64,000 nucleotides of DNA from Alphaproteobacteria bacterium (GCA_964291675.2 OZ219866.1:3584001-3648000), one strand, 5' to 3'. Numbered from the stretch's first letter, positions 10,655 to 21,210 are shown. Translations and numbers: made by a program. The notes: a model not told the origin generated them from the sequence alone.

Positions 10655-10745
10655 CGCACCCTCCGTCGCGCCCGTTATAGCCGCTCGTCCGCCAAGTGGA
10701 CATTGCCGGGCGGCTGCGACACACTCGAACGAGCAGGAGCCAGCC

Positions 10746-12071
10746 ATGACACAACCGGCCTTCGACGCATCGCCCTTCATCGACGACCGCCCCGACGAGC
10801 GCGTCTTCCGCATCGACCGGCGGGCGTTCCACGACGCCGCGCTGTACGAGGCGGAGATGGCGCAGATCTTCGAGCGGCAGTGGAACTATCTCTGCCACGA
10901 GAGCCAGATCCCGAACCACGGCGATTATTTCGCCACCCATATCGGGCGCCAGCCGGTCTATGCGATCCGCCGCAAGGACGGGTCGGTCGGCTGCTACATC
11001 AACGCGTGTTCCCATCGCGGCGCGCTGTTGACGCCGTTCCGCCAGGGCAATGCGCGGGTGATCACCTGCCGGTTCCACGGCTGGGCCTACGATTCGGACG
11101 GGCGCTGCATCAAGATCAAGAACCAGGAGGCGGGATTCCCGGCGCCCGATTTCGACCGCGCGCGGTTCGACCTCAAGCCGGTGCCGCTCGCCGACAGCTA
11201 TCGCGGCTTCGTGTTCGGCTGCCTCGACCGCGCCGCCCCGCCGCTCGCGGACCATCTCGGCGAGGCGCGCCATTTCATCGACATGTTCGCCGACCAGGCC
11301 CCCGACGGGCTCGAGATCCTGCCCGGCTCGCAGACCTATGTCTGCGACCACAACTGGAAGTACCAGGCGGAGAACGTGACCGACGGCTACCATGTCGGCA
11401 CGGTGCACCGGAACTTCGCCAACACCATGCTGGCGCGCGAGGCGAGGGACGGCACCGAGGGGCTGCTCAAGACCGAGACCGGGCGGATGAAGGGTAACGT
11501 CGCCAACGGCGCGTTCTATCTCGGCCACGGCCATATCGCGCTCTGGGCCGACCGGGCGAGCCCGGAGGCGGCGCCGCTGGCGCCCGCGACCGAGCGGATC
11601 GAGCGCGACTTCCCCGGCGCCCGCGCCGACTGGATGCTGCGGCGCGGGCGCAACGTGCTGGTGTTCCCCAACATGGTCTTGAACGACCTCGCCTCGACGC
11701 ATCTCAGGACCCACCGCCCGCTGGGGCCGGAACGGACGGAGGTCACGATCTGGTGCATCGCGCCGAGGAACGAGCCGAAGGAGGCCCGCTTCGCGCGGCT
11801 CCGGAAGTTCGAGGATTTCTTCCTGGTCACCGGGCTCGCCACCTCGGACGACGTGATCTCGCTCGATGTCGCCCAGGCCGGCTGCCACGGCAGAGAGGCC
11901 GGGTGGAACGACTACGCGCGCGGGCTGGAGCAGGCGGTGGACGGCGCCGACGGGATGGCCGAGGGGCTCGGCATGAAACCCGTCACCTCATCGCCGAGCT
12001 GGGACCACGAGGCCGAATATGTCGGCTTCTACCGCCACTGGAGGGACCTGCTCGCCGATCGGCCGGGGTAG
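10746..12071 (+). CDS. Aromatic ring-hydroxylating Rieske oxygenase alpha subunit
   Basis: Rieske CSH...CRFH motif; mononuclear Fe motif NWK..AEN..DGYH...VH; RBS AGGAG before ATG 10746. Confidence 0.93.
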   Translation: MTQPAFDASPFIDDRPDERVFRIDRRAFHDAALYEAEMAQIFERQWNYLCHESQIPNHGDYFATHIGRQPVYAIRRKDGSVGCYINACSHRGALLTPFRQGNARVITCRFHGWAYDSDGRCIKIKNQEAGFPAPDFDRARFDLKPVPLADSYRGFVFGCLDRAAPPLADHLGEARHFIDMFADQAPDGLEILPGSQTYVCDHNWKYQAENVTDGYHVGTVHRNFANTMLAREARDGTEGLLKTETGRMKGNVANGAFYLGHGHIALWADRASPEAAPLAPATERIERDFPGARADWMLRRGRNVLVFPNMVLNDLASTHLRTHRPLGPERTEVTIWCIAPRNEPKEARFARLRKFEDFFLVTGLATSDDVISLDVAQAGCHGREAGWNDYARGLEQAVDGADGMAEGLGMKPVTSSPSWDHEAEYVGFYRHWRDLLADRPG

Positions 12072-12147
12072 CGGGCCGTCCCTCGATACGGCGCTGGCGC
12101 GCCTACTCGGGATGAGGGGGAGGGTCTTGGGCCGCGCCCCACCCACC

Positions 12148-13617
12148 TCATCCTGAGTAGCCCCCGTCAGGGGGCGTATCGAAGGGCGCGTCGTAGCCCG
12201 CCATCAGCCCGTCGACGATCCCGGCCAGCGAGTCCCAGTCGCAGGCGCCGTAGCTGTAGCCGCTCATCACGAAGCCCGGCCCGGCATAGAACTTCTCGTA
12301 CTGGGCGTGGCGGCCGGCGAATTCGGAGCTCAGCAGATCCCAGGCGAGGCGCAGCAGCTTCATGCGCTCCTTCGCCGTCTCGTCCGGGGTCGACCAGTAG
12401 GTCTCGAATTTTTGCGCCAGCGCCGGGTCTTCGAGGACCGAGGAATCGGCCGGCATCTGGATCGGCCCGCCGCCCAGCAGCTCGCGCACCGTGTCGCAGA
12501 TATCCGCGTAGCTGTTGGAGCACCAGTGGAGCGCGGCGTACATGTAGCGCCGGTTCACGGTCACGAAGCCCGGCACCATCTCCTCGCAGGAATGGAGCTG
12601 GCCCATCAGCATCCCTTCCAGCGCCGCGAGCCGGGCCGCGAGGTCGCCGAGCGTGGCGGCGACCGCCGGGATGCCGATCGTGCGGTTGGAGACGCAGACC
12701 CGGTGGGCCACCGCGACGATCAGCTTGAGCTTCTCGAGGAAGCGGATATTGGCCTGGTGGTTGGCGAGCGAGTGCCCCGGGGTGCGCACGTAGATCTCGC
12801 GCGTCATCGCCACGTCGTCGTGCAGGAACACGTCCTCCCACGGCACCCGCACATCCTCGAACAGCACCGCGGCGTCGGTCTCGTCGAAGCGCCAGGTAAG
12901 CGGCATGTCGAACTCCGAGGTGGCGAATTTCTCGTAGGGCTTGCGCGCCCATATCGAGACACCGGGAGCGTTCAGCGGCACCGCGCAGGTGATCGTCTCG
13001 GCCTCGTTGCCGGGCGGCACGGGCTGCAAATTGCCGACCCAGGTGTCGTGGCAGAACACGGCCGACGTGCCGATCATCTTGAGGCCGTTGAGGGTCACCC
13101 CCCGGTCGTCCTCCGCCGTCACCCTGAGCGTGGGCGAAGTCGCGCCCGGCTCGCCCCGGCGCGTCCCCTGCGGGTTGGTGACGGTGTGGGTGGTGAACAG
13201 GTCGTCGCGCCGGGCGCGGCGGTAGTAGCGCATCAGGTTCTCGCCGGTGCCCGGACGCAGCTCCTCGAACAGCTCCGGCCGCGTGGCGAGCCCCGACAGG
13301 TAGCTCGGGAAGTTGTCGGGCGAGCGGCCCAGCAGGCCGTAGCTCCAGGACGCGATCCGCCGGTGGGTCTCGTAGCGGCGTTCGAGGTCGGCGCGGCTGC
13401 GCGGGCGCAGGAAATAGGTCGAGAACGCCTCCCCGTCCTCCTCGCAGACCATCAGCGACCGGTTCTCCGGCGCCCGCTTGCGGTCGTAGATCGCGGCGAA
13501 GGAGCGGGCGGCGTTGCGGAAGGCGGCATGCGCGGTCACGTCGTCCACAAGCTCCTTGCCGATATAGACGACCCGCCCGTCGCGCAGGCTTTTCAGGTAT
13601 TCCTCGCCGGTCAGCAA
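12148..13617 (-). CDS. 4-hydroxyphenylacetate 3-hydroxylase (HpaB/PvcC) family flavin monooxygenase, oxygenase component
   Basis: TGEEYLKSLRDGR N-terminus, GRSPD, RFDETDA, AWDLLSSEFAGRHAQYEKFYAG; TTG start inferred. Confidence 0.9.
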   Translation of the reverse strand: MLTGEEYLKSLRDGRVVYIGKELVDDVTAHAAFRNAARSFAAIYDRKRAPENRSLMVCEEDGEAFSTYFLRPRSRADLERRYETHRRIASWSYGLLGRSPDNFPSYLSGLATRPELFEELRPGTGENLMRYYRRARRDDLFTTHTVTNPQGTRRGEPGATSPTLRVTAEDDRGVTLNGLKMIGTSAVFCHDTWVGNLQPVPPGNEAETITCAVPLNAPGVSIWARKPYEKFATSEFDMPLTWRFDETDAAVLFEDVRVPWEDVFLHDDVAMTREIYVRTPGHSLANHQANIRFLEKLKLIVAVAHRVCVSNRTIGIPAVAATLGDLAARLAALEGMLMGQLHSCEEMVPGFVTVNRRYMYAALHWCSNSYADICDTVRELLGGGPIQMPADSSVLEDPALAQKFETYWSTPDETAKERMKLLRLAWDLLSSEFAGRHAQYEKFYAGPGFVMSGYSYGACDWDSLAGIVDGLMAGYDAPFDTPPDGGYSG

Positions 13618-13665
13618 ACGCCCGCTCCCCAAGGGTGATCCGGCTCATGTACGCTAAGCCCCGGC

Positions 13666-15024
13666 ATGAGTCGAGAAACCACCCAGCAGCTCGCCGGGTT
13701 CGCCGCCACGCTGCGGCTCGATGCGGTTCCCGAAGACGTGCGCCGGTCGGCCAAGGCCCTGCTGCTCGATGCGCTCGCCTGCGCGTTTGCCGGGCACCGG
13801 GGGGAGGAGACCGGCCAGGTCCGGGCGCTCGCCTCCGCGCTCGGCGCCTCCGGGGAGAGCGCGGCGATCGGCGGCGGGCCGATGTCGCTTGCCGGCGCCA
13901 CGTTGATGAACGGCTATCTCATCACGGCCGTCACCATGTGCGACGTGCACCGCGCGACGCTCACCCATGTGACGCCCGAGATCGTCCCCCCGGCGCTCGC
14001 CATCGCCGCGCGCGACGACGCCTCGGGCGCCGACCTCCTGGCCGCGTTGGTCGCCGGGCTGGAGGTGACGACGCGGGTGGGCCTCGGGCTCGACTACGCG
14101 GCGTTCCGCGCCAAGGGGTGGCACGGCCCCGGGGTCACCGGCCCGTTCGGCGCGGCGGCGGCTTGCGGCAGGCTGCTCGGCTTCGATGCCGACGCCATGG
14201 CACGCGCCTTCGGCCTCGCCGGCAGCCAGTCCGCCGGTACCTTCGCCGCCTGGGGCACGCCGACGGTCAAGTGGCACCAGTGCCGCGCCGCGCTGTCCGG
14301 GCTGATGGCGGCGCTGCTCGCCGGGCAGGGCTTTGTCGCCGCGCGAAACTTTCTAACCGCGCCCGATGGCGGGCTCTACGCGACCTATGCCGATGGCGGG
14401 CTGCCCGAGCTGGCGACGCGGGATCTCGGGCGGCGCTGGGAGTTGCAGGAGATCGCGCTCCGCCTGTGGCCGGCCGCGACCGCGCTGCAGGACGTGTTGA
14501 CGGCGCTTGCCGACCTCCCCGACGACATCGCCTTCGACGACATCGCGTGGGTTCGGCTCGCCCTGCCGAAAACCGCGTTCGACATGCATGGCGGGTTCGC
14601 GACATACAGGGCCAAGTTCGAGGCCCTGCTTTCGGCGCATTACGTGGCCGCGGTCTATCTGCGCGACCGGAGGCTGACCCTCGACCAGTTCGAGCCCGCC
14701 TGCTACGACGACCCGGCGCTCAGGCGGTTCGCCGCCGAACGGGTCGAGGTCGCGCGCGACCCCGCGCTCCAGGGCGGCCAGGCTGCCGCCGAGATCGAGA
14801 CCGCGACCGGCGCGCGCGTTTCGGCGCGGTGCGACCACGCGCTGGGGACGCCGCAGAACCCGCTGTCATGGGCGCAGGTGGAGGAAAAGTTCAGGACCTA
14901 CGCGGAGCCCGCGCTCGGCTCGCAGCAGACCGACCGGACGATCGCCGCGGTCGATGGGCTGGAGAGACTCGCGTCGTCGCGCGAGTTGATGTCCTGGCTC
15001 GGCGCGCGGGAAGAGACGCCCTGA
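13666..15024 (+). CDS. MmgE/PrpD family protein
   Basis: AKALLLDALAC, KGWHGPG, GTPQNPLSWAQVEEKF. Confidence 0.9.
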   Translation: MSRETTQQLAGFAATLRLDAVPEDVRRSAKALLLDALACAFAGHRGEETGQVRALASALGASGESAAIGGGPMSLAGATLMNGYLITAVTMCDVHRATLTHVTPEIVPPALAIAARDDASGADLLAALVAGLEVTTRVGLGLDYAAFRAKGWHGPGVTGPFGAAAACGRLLGFDADAMARAFGLAGSQSAGTFAAWGTPTVKWHQCRAALSGLMAALLAGQGFVAARNFLTAPDGGLYATYADGGLPELATRDLGRRWELQEIALRLWPAATALQDVLTALADLPDDIAFDDIAWVRLALPKTAFDMHGGFATYRAKFEALLSAHYVAAVYLRDRRLTLDQFEPACYDDPALRRFAAERVEVARDPALQGGQAAAEIETATGARVSARCDHALGTPQNPLSWAQVEEKFRTYAEPALGSQQTDRTIAAVDGLERLASSRELMSWLGAREETP

Positions 15025-15071
15025 CGTTCGGCTTCCCGGTTTCGTGCGCTCTCGCACCGCGTTCCCACCTC

Positions 15072-15378
15072 GTCATGGCCGGCCCCCGGATCGAGTCCGG
15101 GGTGATCCGGCCATCCATGCGGCCTCCCGGCAGGCAGGGCAATCCGACCGGAGCGATGGCGATGGGGGCGGACCGCACCCGGCTCTCCATGCACCGCCCA
15201 TGGATGCCCGGATCAAGTCCGGGCATGACGGGAGGGAGGACGATGGCGCTTCCCCAACCACGTCATGGCCGGCCCCCGGATCGAGTCCGGGGGTGATCCG
15301 GCCATCCATGCCGCGCCTCCACCCGCGAGGCGATGGGTCGGAAGGGGTGCCGGCGCCCGGATCGAGTCCCGGCATGGC
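15072..15378. repeat. Two tandem REP/MITE-like palindromic elements
   Basis: GTCATGGCCGGCCCCCGGATCGAGTCCGGGG(G)TGATCCGGCCATCCATG at 15072 and 15262, each with an inverted partner downstream (to ~15229 and ~15378). Confidence 0.8.
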
Positions 15379-15388
15379 GGCTTGGGGG

Positions 15389-15841
15389 CTAGCGCCGCAC
15401 CTCGCATTCGATGGTCCAGCTCACCGCGCCGGCCTGCTCGCGGCGCGCGAGGTTGAGCCGGGATCTGGCCTTGAGGGCCGACCCGGCGGCCTTGCGCAGC
15501 TCGTCCCGCACCGCCTCCGGCAGGTCGTCGAAGGCCAGCGTGAGGCGGACCGGCGGTTTCGCCCGCGCCGGTCGCGCCGCGGCGCGCTCCCGCCGGGCTC
15601 CGTTCGCCTTGCTGCCGCCCCAGATACTGTCCCAGCCGGAGCGGTACTCGGGCGTCTTGACGTTGCTGAAATAGCCGTAATGGACTTCTGTCTTGCCGCC
15701 CACGGATTCGCGGGCCGACTTTTGTGCGGGCGCGGTCGAGGATTCGCTGGACGTCGACGGCTTGGCGCTCTCCGTCGAGCTCTTGGACTCGGCTTTTTCC
15801 GCGACCGGTTTGGCGGTCGAGGCGTCACTCATCGCTTGCAT
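15389..15841 (-). CDS. Hypothetical protein
   Basis: Ser/Thr-rich N-terminus, then a structured-looking HYGYFSNVKTPEYRSGWDSIWG segment; fills the gap with plausible codon usage. Confidence 0.6.
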   Translation of the reverse strand: MQAMSDASTAKPVAEKAESKSSTESAKPSTSSESSTAPAQKSARESVGGKTEVHYGYFSNVKTPEYRSGWDSIWGGSKANGARRERAAARPARAKPPVRLTLAFDDLPEAVRDELRKAAGSALKARSRLNLARREQAGAVSWTIECEVRR

Positions 15842-15948
15842 CGGTCTCCGGGTTGCAAAAACGGCGCATCCTGTTACATCGACCCACGCCTCGATGCAAG
15901 ACGTGCGGGGACCGTCGATCGCTGTAAGATGGACCCGGAAAGAGGAGC

Positions 15949-17177
15949 ATGGCGATGGACGGATCGGGTGGGCAAAAGTTCAATGTCGGCGGGGTGCTGC
16001 TCGACCGGCCGTTCAAGATCCGCAGGCTCGGGCATTTCGGCTTCAACGTCTGCAATTTCGACGCCTGCCTAAAGTTCTATTCGGAGCTGCTCGGCTTCGC
16101 GCTGTCCGATCCGCTCGATTTCAGCCCCCGCGTGGCGGACGACGAAGAGCGCGGGCGGTTCGACGCCACCGTCGGCTGGTTCATGCGCCACGGCGGCGAC
16201 CACCATTCCTTCGTGCTGTTCCCCAAGCCCATCCTGGACCATATCGGCGGACGGTCGACCCGGCCGGACATCACCGTCAACCAGATCACCTGGCAGGTCG
16301 GCAGCCTGCGCGAGGTCGCCGAGGCGGAGAGCTGGCTGCGCGGGCACGACGTCCGGATCAGGCGTTCGGGGCGCGACCAGCCGGGCTCCAACTGGCATGT
16401 CTACCCGTTCGATCCCGACGAGCACATCAACGAGCTCTATTACGGCATCGAGCAGATCGGCTGGGACGGGCGCTCCAAGCCCCCGCGCTGCACGAGGAGG
16501 AGTTCCGCGAGCAGCCCGGCCTGCCGCAGATCCCGGAATACGCCGAGGTCGACCGAGCGCGGGACAAGGGCACCGATCTCGGCTCCGGCTACCGCCACGA
16601 GACCGGGCTCGAAGCGCGCTACGACGTGGGCGGCGTGCTGCTGCCGCGGCCCTTCAAGGTCGTGCGGGTCGGCCCGGTGCGGCTGTTCACCGACGACCTC
16701 GACGCGGCGGTCGGCTTCTACCGCGACCGGCTCGGCATGACGGTCACCGAGGAGATCGCGTGGAACGGGCATCGCTGCGCGTTTCTCAGGGTCAACACCG
16801 AGCACCACTCGCTCGCGCTATATCCGATCGCGCTGCGCGCGGAGCTGGGCTTGAGCGACCACACCACCTGCATGGCCTTCGGGGTGCAGCTCGGCGACTA
16901 CGCCCAGCTTCGCGCCTCGCTCGGCTTTCTCGAGGAGCGCGGCGTGGACATCGTCCGCCTGCCGCCGGAGCTGTCGCCCGGGATCGACTACGCCGCCTTC
17001 GCCATCGACCCCGACGGCCACGCGATCCAGCTTTATTACTACATGGAGCAGATCGGCTGGGACGGCAGGCCGCGCGACGCGGCCGAGCGCCGCAAGGCGG
17101 GCGAGGACTGGCCCGAGGCGCTGGACCCGCTGCCCGACACCTTCGCCGGCGAGCCCTTCCTCGGGCCGCTGGGGTAG
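15949..17177 (+). pseudogene. Two-domain VOC (glyoxalase/extradiol dioxygenase-like) protein with a single-base frameshift
   Basis: Repeated halves (VGGVLLDRPFKIRRLGH / VGGVLLPRPFKVVRVGP; EQIGWDGR twice) lie in two frames; one extra C in the C5 run at 16480-16484 restores the frame. Confidence 0.8.
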
Positions 17178-17211
17178 GCGGGTCGGTTCGGAAGAAAAGG
17201 GAGAAATTTCG

Positions 17212-17628
17212 ATGAGCGATTCGAAGGAAACGGCGCTCGGCTTCTATCACGCCTGCGAGAGCGGCGCGGGCTGGGCGGGTTGCGCCGAATTCTGCACGCC
17301 CGACGCTGGGTTCTCCGCGCAGGCGGGGGCCATCGCTGAGATGGAGACCCTGGAAGCCTATTGCGACTGGATGCAGGGCGTGGTGACGATCCTGCCGGAC
17401 GCGAGCTATGTCCTGAAGGCGGTCGGGGCCGACGAAGAGAACGACAGGGTGACGATCTTCGGCGTCTTTTCCGGAACCCATACCGGCGAGGGCGGGCCGG
17501 TTCCGCCGACCGGCAAGAAGACCGAGTCCGACTATGTCTACGTGGCGGACATGCAGGACGGCAAGATCGCGCATGTCACCAAGATCTGGAACGACGGCTG
17601 GGCCTTCGGCCAGCTCGGCTGGGGATAG
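17212..17628 (+). CDS. SnoaL/ester cyclase-like NTF2-fold protein
   Basis: FSGTHTG.GGPVPPTGK, DGKIAHVTKIWND. Confidence 0.85.
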   Translation: MSDSKETALGFYHACESGAGWAGCAEFCTPDAGFSAQAGAIAEMETLEAYCDWMQGVVTILPDASYVLKAVGADEENDRVTIFGVFSGTHTGEGGPVPPTGKKTESDYVYVADMQDGKIAHVTKIWNDGWAFGQLGWG

Positions 17629-17648
17629 CCCGTCCTTCGATACGCCCC

Positions 17649-19370
17649 TCACCCCGCCCGGTCGGCGATCAGCGCATCGGCGATCTTCTCGGCGCACATG
17701 ATGGTGGGGATGTTGGTGTTGGCGCGCGGCACGCAGGGGAACAGCGAGGCGTCGCAAACGGTCAGCCCGTCGACGCCGTAGACCGCGCCCGACGGGTCGG
17801 TCACCGCCATCGGATCGTCGGCCGCGCCCATCCGGCAGGTGCCGGACGGGTGCCAGCAGCCGGTGACGTTCCCGCGCACGTAGTCCTCCATCCGCTTCTC
17901 GTCGCCGAGCAGGTCGGCGAGGGTATCGCCCATGGTGATCAGGTTGCGGATCGCCGAGCGCCGCACCGGGCCGGGCAGGTCGAGAATGGCGCCGAGGATG
18001 GTGGTGAGGATGTGGTTCCTGGTCGTCACCGCGCCGATCTTCTTGACCCGCTCCGAATAGGCGCTCGGGAACGGGTCGCGGGCGATGCGCCGGAGCGCCG
18101 GATGGTCGAAATACCCCGCGAGCCGCCTTATCCCCTGGGTCAGGCGGTCATAGTCCCGCCGGTCGGACAGCATGTTGAAATCGACGTCCGGCTCGGCCCC
18201 GGGCTCGGCGCTCGCCAGCTTCAGCCGGCCGCGCGAATAGGGCTTGTTGCACCACATCAGGAAGGAGCCGAGCCGCACCCCCACGGGATGCCAGCCCGAC
18301 TTAGCGGTCACCGAGACATACATGTCGCCCGGCCCGCATTCGGCCACCCCGGAAGAGTAGCGGAAGGCGATATGGGCGTGCCGCCGATCCGGCGCGTTCA
18401 GCCGCGCGCCGCTCGAAAGATAGGCGGAGACCGCGAGCGTCGGGTGCTCGTTCAGATTGGCGCCGACGCCCGGCCGGTCGGCGAGGACCTCGATGCCGAG
18501 CTCGCGCAGATCGCCCGCCGGGCCGACGCCCGAGCGCATCAGCAGCGGCGGCGTGTGCAGCGCGCCCGACGAGACGACGATGCGCTGGCCGCGGATCTCG
18601 TGGGCCGCGCCGCGATGCCGCACGCGCGCGCCGACCGCGCGCCTGCCCTCGAAGACCAGCCGCTCGACCGTGGTCTCCGGCACGATGTGGAGGTTGGGCC
18701 GATCGCGCGTCCCGGCGTCGAGGAACCCCATCGCCGCCGACGCGCGCTGCTCGTTCTTGTTGGAGATCGCGCAGGCGAACCAGCCGTCCTCGAAACGCCC
18801 GTTCTGGTCGGGCAGCGGCTTGAGGCCGTCATCGGTCAGGGCCCGCGAGACCGCGCGCGAGAAATCGGTCCATTGCGGCTCCGGCACCCGGCGGACCGGG
18901 ATCGGCCCGTCTTTGCCGTGGAATTCGTCGTCGATGTCCTGGTCGGTCTCGAGCTTCCTGAAATAGGGCAGCACGTCGTCCCAGCCCCAGCCCCGCGCGC
19001 CGAGCCGCTCCCACTCGTCGTAGTCGAGCGGCGAGCCGCGATTGGCCATCTGGGCGTTGATCGACGAGCCGCCGCCGACCACGCGAGCCTGCTCCATGAA
19101 GCGGGGGGTGCGCCGGTCCGGCCGGTTGCTCGGGCTGTGCGAGAGCCGCACCCGCAGATCGCTCCAGTGATAGGCCGGGTTGAAGGCCGCGCCCAGCGCG
19201 TAGGAGCTGCGGATGTCCGCGGGCTCGGTTCCCGGCGGGTGGTCCTTGCCCGCCTCGATCAGCGCGACCTCGCTCCCGCAGTCCGCCGACAGCCGGTTGG
19301 CCAGTGTGCAGCCGGCCGAGCCGCCGCCGAGGATCACGTAGTCGAAGCGTCTGGAAAAAATCTCGGACAC
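17649..19370 (-). CDS. GMC family FAD oxidoreductase (HmfH-like clade)
   Basis: GGGSAG, GGGSSINAQ, WHPSGTCRMG, ANTNIPTIM. Confidence 0.92.
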   Translation of the reverse strand: MSEIFSRRFDYVILGGGSAGCTLANRLSADCGSEVALIEAGKDHPPGTEPADIRSSYALGAAFNPAYHWSDLRVRLSHSPSNRPDRRTPRFMEQARVVGGGSSINAQMANRGSPLDYDEWERLGARGWGWDDVLPYFRKLETDQDIDDEFHGKDGPIPVRRVPEPQWTDFSRAVSRALTDDGLKPLPDQNGRFEDGWFACAISNKNEQRASAAMGFLDAGTRDRPNLHIVPETTVERLVFEGRRAVGARVRHRGAAHEIRGQRIVVSSGALHTPPLLMRSGVGPAGDLRELGIEVLADRPGVGANLNEHPTLAVSAYLSSGARLNAPDRRHAHIAFRYSSGVAECGPGDMYVSVTAKSGWHPVGVRLGSFLMWCNKPYSRGRLKLASAEPGAEPDVDFNMLSDRRDYDRLTQGIRRLAGYFDHPALRRIARDPFPSAYSERVKKIGAVTTRNHILTTILGAILDLPGPVRRSAIRNLITMGDTLADLLGDEKRMEDYVRGNVTGCWHPSGTCRMGAADDPMAVTDPSGAVYGVDGLTVCDASLFPCVPRANTNIPTIMCAEKIADALIADRAG

Positions 19371-19389
19371 CGCCCGGGCTCCTTCCTGT

Positions 19390-20787
19390 TCAGTCGAGAA
19401 AATCGCGCGGATCGACCTCCGCCAGGTTGAGCGGCATCGCCGGCGCGAAACGGCCGCGCGCCGCCTCGTCCGCCGGCATGGTCGCGTCGATGACGGTCTT
19501 GGTGCCGATCCGGTACATCGGGCTCATCCCCGGCACGATGTCGGAGACGTTGTCGAGCGACCAGATGCGGGTGTTGGGGATGCGGATCACGTCGCGTTCG
19601 GCATGGACGCGCGTGGTCAGCGACCAGAACACCTGGCGCAGATCGCCCGCGTCGATGTCCTCGTCGACCGCGATCGCGAGCTTGGGGTGGAGATAGGGGC
19701 TCGACAGCGCCGCCATCAGCGCCGTCTTGGCCTGTCCCTCGACCCTGGGCCGGAGCTTGAGCACCACCGCCATCAGCCCCGAGATGCCGAGCAGCCGCAC
19801 GTCCTTGAGGTCGAGCCCGCCTTCGACCGAGCGCAGATGGTCGGTCACCACGGTCTCGATGCAGGTGCCGGTGATCGACTGGGTGTCGGTCATCGGGATG
19901 CCGCACTGCATCGAATAGAACATCGGCTCGCTGCGGTGGGTGACCGCCTTGACCCGAAAGATCTCGGTCGAGCCCTCCATGGCATAGGTGCCGGTGGCCT
20001 CGCCGAACGGGCCTTCCGGCGTCATGCCGGTCGGCGCGACCTCGCCTTCGAGGACGATCTCCGCCTCCGCCGGGACCTCCATGTCGATGGTCTCGCACTT
20101 GACCAGCCGCACCGGGTCGCCGAGCAGCGCGCCCGCGACGGTGAGCTCGTCGAGCCCGTAGGACGAGGTGAACCCGGCGGCGTAGTAGAGCGCGGGATGC
20201 GCGCCGATCACCATCGCCACCGGCATCGGCTCGCCCCGCGCCTGGTACATCTGGTAGATGCGCAGCGCGTGGCGCGGGCAGATCAGGAACCCGGTCGTGT
20301 CGGGACCGAGGATCTGCATCCGGTGGATCGACATGTTGCGGATCCCGGTCTCGGGGTCCTTGATGATCGCCATGCCGGACGCGATGTAGGGGCCGGGGTC
20401 GCGTTCCGAGTGCCAGACCGCCGGCAGCGCCGTCAGGTCGACCGCGCCGCCGCGCTTGACGACCTCCCTGACCGGCGCGCCCGCCGGGTCGATGACGACC
20501 GGCTCGACGGGTTCTCTTATCCGTTCGCCGAGGGTCGGGATCAGGGTGTCGGGCTCGACGCCGAGCGCGATCGCCCATTTGCGCCGGTCGGCGATCACCT
20601 GGGCGCAGATCCGCCAGCCCGGGAAGCCTTCGAGGTTGGAGAACAGCGCCGACTTGCCGAGCCGGTCGTAGGTCTTCCACGACAGCGCCGAGACGTTGCC
20701 GTGCGGATCGACCGGGCTGGTGAAATGGATCAGCTCGCCCTGCTGCTCGAGATTCCGGACATGCCCCCGTATCGACTGGTCGCGCAT
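19390..20787 (-). CDS. UbiD family decarboxylase (second copy)
   Basis: RDPGPYI, NMSIHR, EGPFGEATG, AVDEDID; start inferred at ATG 20787 after GGAGG. Confidence 0.9.
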   Translation of the reverse strand: MRDQSIRGHVRNLEQQGELIHFTSPVDPHGNVSALSWKTYDRLGKSALFSNLEGFPGWRICAQVIADRRKWAIALGVEPDTLIPTLGERIREPVEPVVIDPAGAPVREVVKRGGAVDLTALPAVWHSERDPGPYIASGMAIIKDPETGIRNMSIHRMQILGPDTTGFLICPRHALRIYQMYQARGEPMPVAMVIGAHPALYYAAGFTSSYGLDELTVAGALLGDPVRLVKCETIDMEVPAEAEIVLEGEVAPTGMTPEGPFGEATGTYAMEGSTEIFRVKAVTHRSEPMFYSMQCGIPMTDTQSITGTCIETVVTDHLRSVEGGLDLKDVRLLGISGLMAVVLKLRPRVEGQAKTALMAALSSPYLHPKLAIAVDEDIDAGDLRQVFWSLTTRVHAERDVIRIPNTRIWSLDNVSDIVPGMSPMYRIGTKTVIDATMPADEAARGRFAPAMPLNLAEVDPRDFLD

Positions 20788-20880
20788 CGCCCCTCCCGCC
20801 CGGCGGCCGATCCTAGAGCATTTGCGGATCGAGTCGAGGCGGGGCGGCGCGTCCCCTTTCGACGCCGTGGCACATCGCCC

Positions 20881-21010
20881 GTCATGCCCGGACTTGATCC
20901 GGGCACCCACTGGCGCCGCCGCCTCTCCCGACGGGGCGTTGTACCGGTGGCGCCAGTGGTTGCGCGGATCAAGTCCGCGCATGGGTGGCCGGATCAAGTC
21001 CGGCCATGAC
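20881..21010. repeat. REP/MITE-like palindromic element
   Basis: GTCATGCCCGGACTTGATCCGGGCACCCACTGGCGCC...GGCGCCAGTGG...GGCCGGATCAAGTCCGGCCATGAC. Confidence 0.8.
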
Positions 21011-21210
21011 GGGGTGGTGGTGGCGGTGGAGGAGTACGGGAGCCGGGGGCGGACCGCCCCGCCCGTGGGTGCCCAGAACGAGGCCGGCGTGACAACGGAG
21101 GGGCAGGGACGGCGAGTGCGGGCGTGCGCCGATCCGTGTCCCGATCCGGCGGATGCGCCGATATCCCGCCCGGAACAAGGCTTTGCGCCCGGTCCAGCGC
21201 ATCTAAACGG

